Source of the DNA: Promethearchaeota archaeon
Lineage (GTDB): Archaea > Asgardarchaeota > Lokiarchaeia > Sigyniarchaeales > SOKP01
NCBI GenBank assembly: GCA_048940645.1
Contig: JBHLOI010000025.1
Location: 1 to 49,553 of the forward strand
DNA length: 49,553 nt
Direction of reading: 5' to 3'
Shown: positions 48,006 to 49,553 of the stretch, in pieces
Layout: the number at the start of each line of letters is the position of its first letter
How positions within the stretch are numbered: the stretch's first letter is position 1
Position numbers and translations under genes: made by a program
Notes under the pieces: model-generated
Told to the model about the DNA's origin: nothing
Database searches by the model: none
The model's input: only the letters and a program-made list of their open reading frames with translations

Positions 48006-49322
48006 GTGAAGAAGTTGGAAAAATCTTCAAAAAGTGCTTTAGTAATAGGTAGTGGGATAGCGGGAATTCAAGCTGCTTTAGATTTAGCGGATATGGGAAT
48101 CCATGTTGATATAGTTGAGAAGAAACCTTGTATTGGGGGAAGGATGGCGCAATTGGATAAAACATTCCCAACTAATGATTGTTCTATTTGTATCTTGGCT
48201 CCTAAATTATCGGAATGTTATAGACATCCAAATATTACCCTTTATTCCTATTCAGAAGTTCAGAAAGTAGAGGGTGAAGTTGGAAATTTTTCAGTTGAAA
48301 TTTTAAAACATGCCCGTTATGTAAAGGAAGATGAGTGTATAAATTGTGGACTTTGTGCCGAAAAGTGTCCAATGAGGGTTGAAGACGAATTTGATCGCCA
48401 ATTAAGGAAAAGAAGAGCAATTTATATGTACTATCTGCAAGGAGTTCCTGCGATTATGACAATAGATAAGAAAAATTGTTTATGGTTTACAAAAAACGCA
48501 TGTAGAATATGTGAAAAAACGTGTGAAAGAGATGCGATTGATTTTGAGCAAGAAGATCAATTAGTTAAATTACATAATATTGGTTCGATTATTGTAGCCA
48601 CTGGATATAACTTGATTGAAGATGTAGATAATGAAGTATTAAGATTTTATGGGTATAAAAATCATAGAAATGTCGTCACTGCTCTAGAGTTTGAAAGAAT
48701 GTTAAGCGCCTCAGGTCCTCTTGGTGGCCATGTGAAGAGGGTATCTGATAATGAAGAACCAAAAAAAATTGCTTATCTTCAATGTATTGGTTCTCGTACA
48801 GATAGAGCTAACCAATACTGTTCATCTATTTGTTGTATGTATACAACAAAAGAGGCAATGATTGCATATGAACATAATAATGATTTAGAATCTTTTGTAT
48901 TTTATATAGATATGAGAGCGGGAGGGAAAGGTTTTCAATCATTTCTCCGAAGAGGCGAAGAAGATTATAATATTAAATATGTTAAAAGTAAAATTGCTCA
49001 AATTTCAGTTGATGAAAAAGAAAATCCAATTATTTTGTATGAAGATTTGAATACGGGGGAAATAAGACAATTAAAAGTAGATTTAGTTATTTTAGCTACT
49101 TGTATTATCCCTCCTAATGATATTGAAAATTTAGCTGAAATTTTAGGAATTGAATTAAATGAATATAAGTTTATTAAGACCCAGCCATTTGTCCCCGTAG
49201 AAACAAGCCGAGCTGGTATATTCACATGTGGTTGTGTACATGAACCAATGGACATTCCACGCTCTGTTGCTGAGGCAAGTGGTGCTGCTGCACGTGCGGC
49301 AGAAGTGATTAGGGGGGGTTAA
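48006..49322 (+). CDS. hdrA: Heterodisulfide reductase subunit A-like protein lacking the N-terminal domain
   Basis: IGSGIAG, LDKTFPTNDCSIC, CINCGLCAEKCP, QCIGSR, YCSSICCM, PMDIPRSV. Confidence 0.92.
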   Translation: MKKLEKSSKSALVIGSGIAGIQAALDLADMGIHVDIVEKKPCIGGRMAQLDKTFPTNDCSICILAPKLSECYRHPNITLYSYSEVQKVEGEVGNFSVEILKHARYVKEDECINCGLCAEKCPMRVEDEFDRQLRKRRAIYMYYLQGVPAIMTIDKKNCLWFTKNACRICEKTCERDAIDFEQEDQLVKLHNIGSIIVATGYNLIEDVDNEVLRFYGYKNHRNVVTALEFERMLSASGPLGGHVKRVSDNEEPKKIAYLQCIGSRTDRANQYCSSICCMYTTKEAMIAYEHNNDLESFVFYIDMRAGGKGFQSFLRRGEEDYNIKYVKSKIAQISVDEKENPIILYEDLNTGEIRQLKVDLVILATCIIPPNDIENLAEILGIELNEYKFIKTQPFVPVETSRAGIFTCGCVHEPMDIPRSVAEASGAAARAAEVIRGG

Positions 49323-49326
49323 AAAA

Positions 49327-49553
49327 GTGCCAGAAAATGAATCAAAACAAGGTGTAAGAGTAGGAGTATTTGTCTGTCATTGTGGTTCCAATATTGGAGG
49401 AGTAATCGATTGTAAAGCATTAGCGGATTATTCTAAAACATTAAACAACGTTGTATATGCTGAAGATAACCTTTATACATGCTCTGAAACTGGATTAGCA
49501 AGTATTAAGAAAGCGATAAAGGAACATAATTTAAATAGAGTTGTTGTAGCTTC
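49327..49553 (+). CDS. hdrA: Second HdrA-family protein, N-terminus only (3'-truncated by the window edge)
   Basis: Manual translation from GTG 49327: MPENESKQGVRVGVFVCHCGSNIGGVIDC...LYTCSETG...LNRVVVA. Confidence 0.9.
   Translation, partial: MPENESKQGVRVGVFVCHCGSNIGGVIDCKALADYSKTLNNVVYAEDNLYTCSETGLASIKKAIKEHNLNRVVVA

Noticed and set aside
48150-48210. Possible selenocysteine in HdrA (and in MsrA)
   Set aside because: The relevant motifs read DCSICIL and GCFWG with ordinary Cys codons; no in-frame TGA in these ORFs
1290-49255. Short antisense or nested ORFs in the track (e.g. 1290..1523, 8425..8685, 30113..30367, 33181..33570, 42926..43321)
   Set aside because: Shadow frames inside well-supported genes
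1-49553. CRISPR arrays, tRNA/rRNA genes, IS elements, proviral genes
   Set aside because: No regularly spaced repeats, GC-rich structured RNA blocks, or transposase/integrase motifs seen by eye

Overview
Very AT-rich, gene-dense archaeal chromosome segment, most likely from an Asgard archaeon (Lokiarchaeia-like; inference). Archaeal markers are aEF-1beta with its linked Zn-ribbon gene, RIO2, LSm, a split GMP synthase, porGDAB and hdrCBA, found together with mutS/mutL, a eukaryote-type PPP phosphatase and a gelsolin-like domain. I saw no rRNA, tRNA, CRISPR array or transposase. Four observations stand out. (1) A phosphate/oxyanion island (28.6-37.5 kb) has three DUF47/PhoU-like genes framing a PiT transporter and a non-Pst ABC importer whose two ATPases build one degenerate and one consensus ATP site. 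(2) A gelsolin-like domain is fused to four transmembrane helices. (3) A circularly permuted ATP-grasp ligase is paired with an M14-like peptidase. (4) Two paralogous GATC-rich promoter regions precede small unknown genes, including a tandem pair of 8-Cys proteins just upstream of hdrCBA. All family assignments come from motif recognition by eye; no database searches were run.
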